Part shown: one piece after another, positions 39,536 to 53,150 of the stretch | Numbering within the stretch: position 1 is the first letter of the stretch | Layout: each line of letters starts with the position of its first letter | NCBI GenBank assembly: GCA_965112155.1 | Contig: OZ218106.1 | Direction: 5' to 3' (one strand) | From: Podarcis liolepis | Taxonomy: Eukaryota | DNA: 64,000 nt | The notes under the pieces: generated by a model | Databases searched by the model: none | Seen by the model: the letters and a program-made list of their open reading frames with translations, nothing else | Told to the model about the DNA's origin: nothing | Translations under genes and position numbers: made by a program

Positions 39536-40316
39536 GTCAACTCAACTCAGTCTTCCAGAACTTAGCACAAAATCAGATAATTAGCTGAAAAAGCGCTAGC
39601 AAGTATTTTGAAGCATACCAATTGCATGACAGGACCTCAGCGCAGCTTTTGAAATTATTTTTTAAAGTTTTTCAAACTGTGCACTTCCATCTTTTCAGAT
39701 GACCTTTACTAGCTTCAGTTTGTGATGCTCGTATCTGAGACTGAACTCAAAGAAACCAGAAGAGGGTAGGATCATATGAATTCTAATTGCTTTACCTGTT
39801 GTCCTGGCTTGTAAACCTACAGAACATCATGGGGTGATGATCCAAAAACAGACATTTTCTGCCACTGTCTTTGTACTATGAGATTCCCTTCTTTCTACCA
39901 TATGTGAAGCAGCAGGTGTCTTGTAAAGTCATATCTTTTTGCCCAGGCTTTCCCTGATCCATAAGGCTGGACCTTGTTTTTATTTGTCTGAATTCCTGTA
40001 TTTGCTTTTATAGGCTTTTCTTGATGTCATGTTTTTGTTTTGATCATATTGTTTATTGTTTTAATGGTGCATGCTGCTTAGAGAGTTTGTAAATATTGAA
40101 CCATCAATTAAGCAATAAATTGAGAAGATTCCTAATGCTGTATACCACAACCCATGGGCACATTGACAGAAGCACCCACCAATTCTCCCTTATTATTTAC
40201 AGCTCTTCCCTGGCCCATTGCTTTTATAAAGGGAAAGATTTTTATGTAATTTGAAATTCAGCCTTCTTCTGAATCTTTTTTGGTTAAAAAAATCATTCAG
40301 CATTTGTATGTGTGTG

Positions 40317-40546
40317 CAGTAGAAACTCAAACGGCTCCATTCTCGAACTTTTCGGCTTCCGAACACTGAAAACCTAGAAGTGTTCTGGTTTTCGAACGTT
40401 CCTGGGAACATGAACGTCCAATGGGGCTTCCGCTGTGCAAAAACTTAGCTGTCGGCCAATCAGAAGCTATGCCTCAGAATTCAAACTTTTCATAAGTCAA
40501 ATGGTCTTCCGGAATGGATTACAGTTCGAGTTCTGAGGTACCACTG
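40317..40546. mobile_element. Tc1/mariner-pogo MITE (older, left end degraded)
   Basis: Right end GAGGTACCACTG+TA, with internal TCGAAC/GTTCGA repeats. Confidence 0.65.
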
Positions 40547-40689
40547 TATGTCTAAAATTTCTGTCCATGGATACAGATAGATAGATATAGATATACACAC
40601 ATATACATGTGTGTGTGTGTATAGATACACACATGCATACATATACTGTGTTTGTCACTACTTGTCCATATTTGAAACAGCATTATTCC

Positions 40690-41378
40690 AACATAGAAAT
40701 GAACAAAGAAACCTTTTGAAACAGATACTGAGAATTCAGAAGTCCTTCATAAGAAAAGTAGGTCCCTTATAATACTAACAAAATTGTTCGTCAATGAATA
40801 CATTAGATTAACATGAAATATATCAGAACATGCTTTACACTAGGCAGAGATTATTTGAATTATGAGAAAAACAATAAATATTATTATTTTATAGACTAGG
40901 CGGGGGGGGGGAATGTAATGATCATGATTTCACCCACCAATAAGAAAACATGTTGATGTCTTTAACTTTGTTCAATGAATTAAGTAATGAAGTAATAGCT
41001 GGATAGCTCACAAGGTATTCTAAGATGGTATACTCCAAATGATCTCAATCAAAATATAGTAAATATTTTTTTTCTAATCTAAAAATAGCAGGCTAAGTGA
41101 TGGCAATAAACAAAGTATGGATGCTCAAGTTACAATGAAGGAAGGAGTCCAAGCAATTAAAAACCTAAAAAGCAATAAAGTGCCTGTGCCTAATGGCTTT
41201 ATCTTTAACTTTTATAAAAAGATTTTGGAATATTTTAGCAAAGTCTTTGATGAAAGCAATTTATGAAGCCCATGAAAAGGGAATTCTTCTGTAACTGAGC
41301 ACAGATTAGTTGTACTACTAATTCCTGGAAAATATAACTCAAATCTAGCATCTTATGGATCAATTTCCTTACTAAATC
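40690..41378 (+). mobile_element. L1/Tx1-clade LINE ORF2 remnant
   Basis: ~41153-41221 reads AIKNLKSNKVPVPNGFIFNFYKK (cf. AIKxLKxxKAPGPDGFxxEFYK), and ~41351-41377 reads SYGSISLLN (cf. YRPISLLN). Stops and frameshifts are present; the 5' boundary is approximate. Confidence 0.7.
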
Positions 41379-41966
41379 CTTTTACTATCCCATTTTAATT
41401 CATCCATTTTTTTAATTAGTTAATTTTGCAAGCTGTGCCTTTCCACTTTGCAAGGTACGGTAGTTTTACAATCCAGGATAAAGCGGTTTACAAATTGAAA
41501 AGCCACGTAAATGAAAGGCAGCAATCTAAAAGCACATAGGGTGTATGTGTATTTATCCACAATAAAATAAGCTGAAGCAGCAGCAAGATTACAATAGCAA
41601 CAGAGACTGTATTATGTTTTTATTCTTATGCTCCATAAAGAGCCACTGAACCCCTGCTCAATCTCCCAGGATTTTCTGGGCACAACAGAAGAACCACATT
41701 TTCCCAAATGGATTTGGTCATTCATTAAGGTTGTAATCTAAAGCACTGCCTCTTTGGGTGGTTGTAGGGTCCCAGTTAGCTTTTAGCCTTTCTATCAAAC
41801 AAAGGCAGATTACAATTATGCAAACTATGCAAGTACACGCATGTTTTACACATCAGAACATTTAAATGTTCTCAATGCTCTTTTAGCACAGAAAATGCAC
41901 AGCCCTGGTTGAAACTCAACATACACAGGAAGAATATACTGAGTCAGACCATTGGTCCTTCTAGCT

Positions 41967-42365
41967 CAGTGGTCCCCAGTTACCTAAGAACTGTGGACCC
42001 CCAGTTCTTCAAAAGCCATGCCATGGACCCCCTACTTTTGAAAATGTTGATATCTCTGTGGTAGTTTTGGTTAGGTGAATGGTGCCACCATATCCTCCAA
42101 CATGTTCCAGTGCGAAACCAAGATGCTTGTCTTTCGGGTCGGGCTCCTGTGCAAGTCATGTGACCCTCACAAGAGCATGGTGCCCCAAAATGCACATTTT
42201 TGTGTGCCATGGCCACAATCTCATGGGGTTCAGGGCATTTTGCTCTCATGTGAAAGCACAGCCAAAATTGGATGTCCTGGACAGTTGATGAGTATGTGGC
42301 ACAGATCCCCTGGATGGGTTATGCGGACCCCCTGGGATCTGCGGACCCCCAATTGGGAACCACTG
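41967..42365. mobile_element. ~400-bp hAT (Charlie-like) non-autonomous element
   Basis: TIRs CAGTGGTCCCCA / TGGGAACCACTG with subterminal GGACCCCC repeats at both ends. Confidence 0.75.
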
Positions 42366-42820
42366 CCATATAGTAAAAGCTATGGTTTTCCCAGTAGTGA
42401 TGTATGGAAGTGAGAGCTGGACCATAAAGAAGGCTGATCGCCGAAGAATTGATGCTTTTGAATTATGGTGCTGGAGGAGACTCTTGAGAGTCCCATGGAC
42501 TGCAAGAAGATCAAACCTATCCATTCTGAAGGAAATCAGCCCTGAGTGCTCACTGGAAGGACAGGTCCTGAAGCTGAGGCTCCAATACTTTGGCCACCTC
42601 ATGAGAAGAGAAGACTCCCTGGAAAAGACCCTGATGTTGGGAAAGATGGAGGGCACAAGGAGAAGGGGACAACAGAGGACGAGATGGTTGGATAGTGTCT
42701 TCGAAGCATGAATCTAACCAAACTGCGGGAGGCAGTGGAAGACAGAAGTGCCTGGTGTGCTCTGGTCCATGGGGTCACGAAGAGTCAGACACGACTAAAC
42801 GACTAAACAACAACAACAAC
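42366..42820 (+). mobile_element. RTE-BovB LINE, 5'-truncated 3' fragment
   Basis: ORF 42382-42711 (MVFPVVMYGSESWTIKKADRRRIDAFELWCWRRLLRVPWTARRSN...) is the BovB ORF C-terminus; it ends in GGGGTCACGAAGAGTCAGACACGACT plus a (CAA)n tail. Confidence 0.95.
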
Positions 42821-42955
42821 TCCAGCTCATTATGGCCTATACTGACTTGCAGGAGCTCTCTAGGGTATCAGACAGGTGTCAATCTCAGCCAGAGATTGAA
42901 GTCGGAACCATTTCCATGCAAAGCATGTGCTTTCCCTCTCAGCTACAACCCTTCC
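42821..42955 (-). mobile_element. Old tRNA-derived SINE, distal part (other part at ~41925-41966)
   Basis: The minus strand starts GGGTTGTAGCTGAGAGGGAAAGCACATGCTTTGCATG (tRNA-like head). It continues the motif GTCAGACCATTGGTCC.TCTAGCTC found before the nested inserts; a related copy lies at ~54560-54670. Confidence 0.55.
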
Positions 42956-42961
42956 CCAATA

Positions 42962-43187
42962 CAGTGGTACCTCGGGTTAGGTACTTAATTCGTTCTGGAG
43001 GTCCGTTCTTAACCTGAAACTGTTCTTAACCTGAAGCACCACTTTAGCTAATGGGGCCTCCTGCTGCCGCTGCACCGCCGGAGCACGATTTCTATTCTCA
43101 TCCTGAAGCAAAGTTCTTAATCCGAGGTACTATTTCTGGGTTAGCGGAGTCTGTAACCTGAAGCATATGTTATCCGAGGTACCACTG
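42962..43187. mobile_element. Complete Tc1/mariner-pogo (Tigger-like) MITE
   Basis: TIRs CAGTGGTACCTCGG / CCGAGGTACCACTG; TA at 42960-61 and 43188-89; internal TTAACCTGAA repeats. Confidence 0.9.
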
Positions 43188-46100
43188 TACTACACAGATT
43201 ACTCTTCTGAAATGCATCCAGTTTTCCTCTGAAACGACTGATACTTTTTTTGTTTTGTTACCACAACTGTCTTTGGGAGACTATTCCAGGGCTTTACTCA
43301 TCTTAAATTTTCTTTTGATCACCAGCCAACAACATATTAATGGAGCTCTCCTAGCTATTAGATCTTATTCCAAGAGTCCTGTACTTTTCATACACAACTG
43401 TATTAATTCTCCTGAAATTATGGTATCAGTTATCATCACCAACACCACAAGGAATACATGAAATCTACCTAGGCAGGCTATTAATCTATTTAGCCATTTA
43501 TTGTTTACTATAACTGGTGGTTGCTCATAGACAGAGATTTTTCCCAGCTGGGGAGACCTAAGATCCTTGATTGAATCTATTTACGTGTAAACGATGAGTT
43601 CTACCACTGAGCAATAGTGTCCCCTTTTAAGGAAATCTGTTTTGGGCTGCTGTCTGATTGGGCTTACTTTGGAGTGAACACACAAAACAGGGATGATGTA
43701 GCTGTACAATCATCTGCAGTTGTTAGACAGAAATGAAGAACTGTATGAATCTGCCGCCCTGGAGATGATGTTGGATTCCCATCAGGGTCAGCTAGCATGT
43801 ACTTCAAGATCTAGAAGTTTTAACTACATGCTAACTGACCCTAATGGGAGTCCAACCTCATCTTCTGGGCAGCAGATCCATATGATACTCTGTGGGATAA
43901 AATGTGCAATAGTACTGTTGTACATACTAATGGGTTAGGTTTGTGCTTTTTGTAATTTTCTTCCAGTTCTGCTTGCTGGGTGGAGCTTTTCCATCAGTCT
44001 AGTTGTGTTGCAATAAAGTAAGGTTTTGTCTGAATACCTGATTACATGGTTGCTTGTTTTTTCTCTGAACCCCATCACAACAAATACCACTGTTTAAAGA
44101 CTGAACATGTTGACTAACTTAGCTGGTGCTATTTTCACATTTCACTTAAGTGCCCTTTCCACAATTTTATCTCTTTCCTCGACCAGATCAATCCCTGCCA
44201 TTTCCCCCCATTTAAAACTCTGATGCGTTCCCCTCCCCCGCTTTCTTGGTTATCAGACCAAGCTCAGATCCAATTAATGAGTCATAGTGCCCAAATCCAT
44301 GCCCCTGGCAAAAAACCATACCACGCAACCCATTATGGTAAGCGAATTAAAAGACCATCTGAGCAGGTATCTGGTGTGTGTCTCAGTTCATTCTTCCATA
44401 ATAAACTATGTTCTCCCCCTCATTCATTTGTCAATCATAGGAACTAAAGATTATCATTTGCTGTTTGTACGTGACACCAGCAATTTGCAAAGCCTGTTGG
44501 CAAGAAAATAAGGTTAGAATGACAGAGCGAGAAATTAAGCAGAAGTCTGATGCAATTAGGTATAACAATCAGTGCTCTAATTTCTGATTTATTGTTTCCT
44601 GTTTTCTTGCTGCGCTCAAGCCATGAATACTGTATGTGCTCCATATAGGTCAAACAATTGCCTTATCATTCCCAGTAAAACCAAGAGGTCACCGTTAACA
44701 ATATTTATTTAAACATGCAGGATGCTTCCCACTGCAGTTAGGAAATTGCTATTGCTAATAGCTTGTTGGCACTATTTCCTCATTTACACAATTTTTATAA
44801 AGACCAAAAGCCCTAGAACCAGCAAGGGGGGGGGGGTCAGATGTCCAGTTATTCCAATGGTATATTAGCTGGGTGGTGTTGTTTTGTTATTGCCAGATTG
44901 CCTGTATTTGTATCAGAACAAAGTACATCCCAGTTATTTAAACAAGTCAAAACAAAAGGACTTTTCCAAACATCTGCTTAGAAATGGTGGGCACAGAGAG
45001 TCTTTTTGCATTAACACTATGAAACATTGTCAGCTGTGAGCCAAATCTTGATCCTACTGAGATCAGCAAGAGTTTGCCACTGATTTCAATAGGATTAGGA
45101 CTTGGCTCTTTAACTCTGCTCTGGCTGCCACTTTTGCCTTATGCATAGTTTGAGGTTTTTTGGACAACAGTCTCATTCTTGGTAATCCAGAGCCATTCAT
45201 AAAGTATTATTATATAATCATTACAAATCCACTTGTAATGCAAATAGCTGTTATTTTTAGTGTGACAGTTTTATAGCGACGCAGCACCCAAAGTCTGAAA
45301 AGAAATCTGCCCCAGAATATTACTGAATTGGGTTTGTGTGCACTAAAGAAAGGAGGGGGAGGCAGGGCTGGCTGTTAGGTAAAGTAACATATAGGGAAAC
45401 TGTGCAATACTTGAAAATTAGCTAGCATGTTAAGACACAGCAAATATGGATTGCTCCATTCTGTTCCTCCTTCCACCCAGTTTTCCATTCCCACCATTCT
45501 GCTCAACAGCTAGTCAGCATTCCACAGCCACTGAGCATAGTCTTCATTGGACTATCCCCAATCCATTTGTACTTTTGCAAATTTTGGGGTTCCCCCAAGC
45601 TTACTGATACCTCTTATACCATACATTTTAAGAAGGAAGGTGTGGCTCAGTTAATTGACTGACACCCAAATAAAAAGTGGGCCATTCTGGATTATATAGA
45701 TGTACAGATTTCACTAGTGTGCCATTCCCTCAAACTCTGGTATATCTAAAGTTAATATGCCCACTAAATAACTTTTGCTTCTAACCAGCAATTTCTTATC
45801 TGTGTGCAGAAAGATCCGGTCCATATTTTCCTCAGAGGTGGCTTAAGTGCATTACAAAATATAACCCCTAATTTTTCTTCAATTACCCCTTGGGCGGAAA
45901 CGAGAAATTTCATTTTTGCCTCTGGTTTAATAATTTAATACTAATATTCCCTCCATTATTAGTTTTACTGGTAAACCAAGGAGCAAGCTGGCGGAGTCCA
46001 GCTGTGACCCCAGGGCAGGAACTTTCTGCCTGCTGTCACCTTCTGACAGTTTATGCTGTTAATTACCTCAGTCAACTGTAGCACAAGTACCTCTCTGTCT

Positions 46101-46996
46101 GCCAGCTGGCAGGCCTGAACTCGCAGCCTTGAAGATTTAGAACCTGCAACAAAGGGTTGTTAATGTAAACAGTTTACTGAATAATACACCCAGGCAATGG
46201 GAGACCCACCTCAGTAATCAAAGGTAGGCTCTTTTACATGGATGTGTTACCTTTAAAAGAAGGGACAAGCCTTGCTCCCATCTCCTTTCTCAGCCATTCT
46301 TCTCCGAGGAAGAGGGAGTGTGACATTCAGAGCAGAAAGAGAGCCTGCTTTGTATAAAAAGTCACAGCGATTAAGACAAGGGCTCCGTGTACAGTCTGGG
46401 CAAAGATGTCAAATGTATAAGGCCATCTTTCAATTGATTGATTGATTGATGGTTCGAGTTAAGGAGAGGATAACTGGGGTGGGGGGACCCTCTTTGAAGT
46501 CGTTTTTAGTACAAAAGTTTGTATTGCAAGTTTCCTGGACTGGCATTTTGAGTTAGCCAATAAAATAAAACCTGTAATGTTTGTGTCCAATCTGTCTAGC
46601 CTTACTGAAATTCAATTACTGAAATTCATGAAGGATCACGGGTTGCTGAAAAATACCCATCCACCCTGATCGAGAATGCCAAGGGAACTTCTATGTAAGC
46701 AAAGGCCATTCTGTGTGGAAGCTCCTTCCCTTCACCACCTTCACTTCAATGGAGAGAGCATGTCATGGTAATCAAAGAAAGGCATGTGTACACAGAACTG
46801 ACCATTTCTACTGGGCAGGCTTAGAAGTGTGCCATGAGAAAGGCTGAAGATGGGCCAAATTTAGGGGCAGGCAGCCCAAGTGACCAGCTGAGATGCTCAG
46901 CTCAGTGAACTCTATCATGGACTATCTACTCAGGGTGGATAGTGAAACACTTGTAAAGCTGGCAATACTGGTCCAGTAGTCCAAATTGGATGAACT

Positions 46997-47032
46997 GTTT
47001 GTTTGTTTGTTTGTTTGTTTGTTTGTTTGTTT
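46997..47032. repeat. (GTTT)n microsatellite
   Basis: Direct inspection. Confidence 0.95.
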
Positions 47033-47525
47033 GTGTGCTAGAATGTTTAGAAGTGGATTCAAGAGTCTCATTTGCTCTCCTCACCATGATCTGGTGGGTG
47101 AGATGAGCCAAAGGCTTTCTCCAAACCCAGAGCTACAGAAGAAAAGGGATGAACCCTACCCCACTCCCAAAGTTTGGCCTAAGCATTGCAGCTTGGCTCT
47201 GTGCTTGTCAAAAGTCACAGTGAATTGATCAGGCTTCTAAGCACTTCACTGCAACAGATCATAGTTATTGCTCTGGCATAATTTACACAGGCACAAGAGA
47301 ATGTTTATAATAGTGGTGCTACTGACTCTCAAGCTTTGGAATTGTTGAAATACTGTATATACAAAATAATAATAATCAATTTGAGTTGGGCCACCCAATT
47401 GGGTCTAGTAGACCCAACATTTTTAAGCAATGTAGCCTAATTTTTTTTTCTGGGACCCCTCTGGGATTAGGGACCCTGAAGCTTAAGCTTCATTAGTTTC
47501 ATAGTAGATCTGCCATTGTAGTAGC

Positions 47526-47761
47526 TTGGATTTGATAACCCGCTTTATCACTACCCTAAGGAGTCTCAAAGCGGCTAACATTCTCCTTTCCCTTCCTCCC
47601 CCACAACAAACACTCTGTGAGGTGAGTGGGGCTGAGAGACTTCACAGAAGTGTGACTAGCCCAAGGTCACTCAGCAGCTGCATGTGGAGGAGCGGAGAAG
47701 CGAACCCGGTTCACCAGATTACGAGTCTACAGCTCTTAACCACTACACCACACTGGCTCTC
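47526..47761 (-). mobile_element. Squam3-like SINE
   Basis: Reverse-complement match to 8637-8880. Confidence 0.85.
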
Positions 47762-48921
47762 CTACATTGATGCCACCTCACGGCTTATCACATGAGTGGA
47801 AGCAGCAGGAACCTGTAAAAATGATGGGAAAGTTTTTCCATATTATGGGGGCTGCAAGCAGATTTTTTCCAGAATCAAATAACATAGAAATGAGCATTAA
47901 ACTTGCACTATATCCACTTGTATCCCATTAGTTTTCTGGAACTGGCTTTTACATCATGTAAAAGCTCAAATATAATGGACAAATTTAGGGAAACGTTGGG
48001 GAAATGGAATAAACTGCCGTGTGAATGCAGCTAGAGTTTCATTTTAGATTAGATTAGATTTTCTCAGACATGGGTGGGTATGTTGTCATTGTTGCACCAC
48101 ATTTCCACACACAATGTGTGTGTGTGTGTGTGTTCTAAAATAAGCTTGGGAAGAAGCTGTTGGAGTAGAAAGCCATCTATGATCCATCTTGGATGAGAAA
48201 GCAGTTGTAACTGGCAATGGTTCAAGGCACTTTTTTTGTTTGTATCTTTGTCATTCACAACAACAGACGTAAATGTAAATGTAGTTTTTTTTCCGGAGTG
48301 GAAGGAAATGTCATGCTTGCCTTTGGCACCAAGATAGGCTTGTGACAGATCAGGTTGCTCTCCTCTGATATTGTCCAACAGATCTTACAATCAAATTTTA
48401 CAAGCTAACAGAAGTTGTGAATTATAGTTAGATGGACCTCATAAACAAAAACTAAAACTTATGCATACAAGAGAATATTGAAAAGTTTGCAAAAAGCTGT
48501 CAACATGTGATGTGCCAGTGGATTTCTCTTCCTCCCATTTTATTGTGTCTTTTCTCTAGATAGAAGTACGTCTGCCAAGTATGTGTGCATGGATTTATGC
48601 TTCCAAATGAAACAAAGCTGTGGCATTATTATTCCAAAACCTCTCCTAACATACCTCAATCCATGTATATTTACCATAGCTCGACTTGGTTATTGCTTGG
48701 GGTTGAGTTTGTTTTTTCTATGTAAGGCCAAAAGACCAATTTAATGAAAAAACAGCTCTGCTTAAGTGTTTCTTTGTATTTGACATTATCAGCTATGATA
48801 CTGCTGGAAGTGGATGCACAGAAAAGGTCACAGATAGCATCATGAGATGAGTGTTTGAATTAAATGGCTGTATCTTACAGTATAATCCATGATGCAGAAT
48901 CTGAGTGGCCCTTGTGTACTG

Positions 48922-48925
<4 letters not shown>

Positions 48926-49008
<83 letters not shown>
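48926..49008. repeat. (CT)n(CA)n microsatellite
   Basis: Direct inspection. Confidence 0.95.
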
Positions 49009-49011
<3 letters not shown>

Positions 49012-52000
49012 CATTTCCCATCAAGAGTTGGCAGCAGCCAGTTAAAATTGTCACCACTTTAGTGGAATATCACCTGGCCATCTTCAACATAAATATATGA
49101 ATCTACTTTAGTTTAAGACAGACTGCTGGTCTATCTAACCCTGTATTGTCTACTCCAACTGGAAATGTTTTCCAAGGTCACAAGCTTTTCCAGCCCACCT
49201 GCCTGAAATCAGGGGTTAATTTCAGGGTAAAGCCAGATGGGTTGAACGTACCCCCACTTTCCCAGGGCAGGCTTTTGCCAGCGTTTCCCCACTCTCATCA
49301 ATGATGTAAACATTTCAGGGACTCATAAAGTCTCCCTTTTTGCTCTGGCGGCCAAAAAGATCAGAAAGAAGACCCTGGACAATATAGCAGTGAACTGTAA
49401 GGGAGATGCAGAGATCTAAATAGAGACTATTATTTGTAGCACGGCATCCCTTTATGTGTAACTATTTTTGATTCAGATTTGCAATGGCCAATAGCTAGTA
49501 CAATAAAGTTATTTGGATTGGATTGTCCATTATGTAATGTTTCCTACAGGTAGTTTTGAAGAGTATAGAAATAACACTCATTTATGCATACATTTTTCTT
49601 GGGAATTGTTTGCAGTTTCTTTTTTTCTTTTTCTTTTTGGCCAAACACAAAGTTTCAGTCTGTTTAGAGTTTGCTTCATTATGTTGTAATTATTGATTGT
49701 TTTATTACACTATAGAAGTAAGGCTGGTGGTGCTCATATCAAAGATCACATATTTCTGTCTTGATTTCCTATTATAGCAAAAGCAATATATATATATATT
49801 ATAAGTAAAAGCAAAACAGAGGCCACAAAACAATAGATACACAACCCTACTGCAAATCAGTGGGTGTATCTATATATATATATAGATCTAACTCTGTGGT
49901 AGCCTGTGGCCTGAGTCACAGATTAGTGATTTGCTGCTACTGTAGTTGTACCAAGAGTGCTTATTATTCACAAGGACGGTTAACACCAATGAAGGACTAA
50001 TCTAAATTTAAAATGGCATCTTTCCTTTCATGTAACCTTTTAGCTGTTTGCCTAGGTGTTGATTAAATCCTGAGTGCAGTCCATTATTTTGGTCTTGCTT
50101 CTCTGTGTTTATTCTTCCACTTACACACATGCACCATAGAGACACATGCACATTCTGTATTGCTACATTCTAGACAAATGAAAATAATCATTATTCCTCG
50201 AGAAAACTCTAAACAGCAACAGAGAGAGGATTTGCAGAAAGGATGTTGGGTAGGAGGAGAAAAGAGGAGGAGAGAATGTTAATGCATGACAGCAGTGAAA
50301 TTACACAGATAAATTTCCGAGTTCTTTTATCTTGTAAACATCCTAATTATCAACTTCAAAGGAACAGGGAAAAGACATTCCCTCTTCTTCTGTGCCAAAC
50401 TGGGAGAACCAAGTCTCCTTTAAATCTCATATGGGAGATATGAGGAGCCTTTGAATGCATCATTGATTTTTATGAGTAGCAATGAGGTGAGAAGTATTCT
50501 GGTGTGTGGCACAGGCCTTCATTAAAAAGTGTGAAACGGAATGGCTTATAGTTAAAAGGAGCAATTTGTTCTAACATACTTGCTAAATTGTGTTGTAAGT
50601 ATGCCAGGTCAATGGAGTACATTTTCCTCCAAAGCATTTGCGTGCAATTCTCTGTCCCTGTTGAGGGGGCAGTTCCTACTAATTGCAAACTAACAAGCTG
50701 GCGAAACAATATTTATCCTGACATTTGAAAGGGAATTAACAGCAACTCACAAGAGGAGCGGAAGGATCCTGAAATTCCTTCAGTCTGCTGGTGGAGCCTA
50801 TTAACCTTTTGCGTTAAAAAGCCTTGCACTTATAGTACCAGTACAGTGTACTGTATATGAAAAGCTAGCTCGAGTATTCCTTGAGCCCTTTGTCTTGCTC
50901 ACACCAGTGATCTATTCACCTGACTGCAGAGGTGTATTTCAGCTAGTGCAACCAGTCCACTGCACTGGGTGCTGAGCCTAGTGGGCGCTGCAGCTGTGAC
51001 ATAGTGCACTGAGCAGAACAAAAGGAGAGAGGCAGAGAGGGAGAGCCAAATTTTGGCCTTGCACAGGGCACTGCTAAAATTTGAAAGACCAAAGTCTGTC
51101 CCTGCTGAGTGATACCCCATGAGATCCAGGTGTTTCATCGACCATAAAGCCTACAGATTCCACAACTCCTGATACTCTAAAATGCAGTTTCGAGTATGTA
51201 GAAGTTTGGCTTCCAACTGCACATTACATCTGTTCTTGTGAACTGGAAACTCACACAAGCATTTGTGAAAGCAGGCGGAATCATATGGGTACTTGCAGAA
51301 TGTTGCATCTTTTATTTTCGACACTGTTCACAGTAGATCAAGATGGAAGTTCTACATAAGCATTTAATCTATCCCAGCATACAAGTACTGTAAAATACCC
51401 CCCCCAAAAAATGCATTCAACCTGATGTTTATCTATATACTTTCAAGTCTTTCTAAGACATGTTTGTTGCATTTATATCCCAATTTTCTCCCATGGTGGA
51501 ACTCAAAAAAAGTATACCTAGGGTTCCCTGGTGGCCTGATATCCATTATGTAAGTTACGCTGGCTAAAGCCCTGAATTGTGGTTGGCTGATTGTAGTGGC
51601 TTTCTCTCAAATTGCGTTAATTGAATCTTAGCTATGTTTCGTTTTGGGGAGGAGGGGCTGTTACTTTCAGCCCTGCAGAGAAATTTGGCCTGACTCCAAA
51701 GAACCTGGACTAGATCCTCATACACAAGAGAGCTTTATACTTTCGTTACTTAAACAGCAGCTCTGTAAGCCACATGGCAACTTTCTTTAGAAACTGGGGA
51801 GAGGGGAGGTTCAAAAACAGCTTGTAATATGGGTTAGCTGTTCAAAGGAAGGAAGTAAAAAATTCCACTAGGCATGGCCAATCCCTTGGATGCACCTATA
51901 GTGACTCTTTGGATCCCTGCCATTAAATATACATTAACTTTAATAATGCAGAGGGGGAAAAGAAAGCAGATTTCTAATGCTGCGATTGCATCCCAAACAT

Positions 52001-53150
52001 ATTGACATGGTATGGATTATATGCTTTGATCTAGATGGAAAGGGCTGGTGAAAGTTGGACTTGCCAGTCTTTTCCAACTCTATGGATCTCTAAGTCCCAT
52101 TAACATCAGCAGGACATGTTCACAGATGTGTTTAGAATCAAAGCTGGGTGCTGGAATTCTCAAGTCACTTGCTGAAATCAGTTGTACTACCCAAAGGTTC
52201 ACACTTTGAGGATCGTGTCTAGTTTTCATCAATGAGATGATTTGCTGGATGTTAAGTTTTGCTGCCAATCCCCCCCCCCCCCGGCACTGTTTTACTGGGT
52301 CTGTTTCTTGGGGTTTTGTACTCTCTTTATTGTAATGAACTGTTCTCTCTCTCCCCCACCCCCTTTTCATTTAATGTTATGCTTCATGCTTCTGACCGGC
52401 TTAGGGAGGGAGGTGCGATGCTCCAACGAGTCCAAGAGCCCTTCTGCCACCTTTTCAAAACTAACCTGGCTTTGGGAAGGAGGCAGGAGGGCTCCAGCAT
52501 CCTTTCAGATGCCTGGTGGCTCCTTCCCAAAGCCCAATAAGCTTCTGCCCGACTTAAGGAGGCATGATGCTCATGTGCATGGTGTCAAGATAGCGCCCCC
52601 ACCCAATTGCCCTTGCAAGCTGGTGCCTCCAGCCCTAACTGTTCCCCCATGAAAAACTTCACCGCACACCGCTGATCTCAGTCATGATCCTTCCACTGCA
52701 ATTTAGGAAGAGGAGTAAAACAATTGGTTTAAGGCAATGATATTTCAAAAGAAAATCGTTAAAGTGGTAGTGTTGATTCCTAGACAGGAGACATAGACCA
52801 AACAGGTGTAAATGACGAGAGTAACCTAGGAAATGGTTACAGTCATCTGTAAAAGCCATAACTGATCAGGGAGCAGCTCAATAGGTCACTGGGGCACATG
52901 GGAAGCTAGTGATCTGAATAAAAAGAAAGAAAGAAAACCAGATTTTCTGAGGTCTTGGGGGGGGGGGGAAGCATGCTGAACAGGGAAAATGTGAGGGTGG
53001 GTGTGTTTTGTCCACCATTTCATGCAAATATCCATGAAAAGTGAACGAAGAAAGCATGGCTATTTTGGACCATCGCAGAAAGAGTGTGAGTCAGCCCAGA
53101 TAACGATCCATGCAAATAAAGAGAGTGTTGTTTATTTATTATTATTATTA

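Noticed and set aside
42246-42656. 136-aa antisense ORF over BovB
   Set aside because: It is the reverse frame of the BovB ORF running into the hAT element; there is no evidence of an independent gene.
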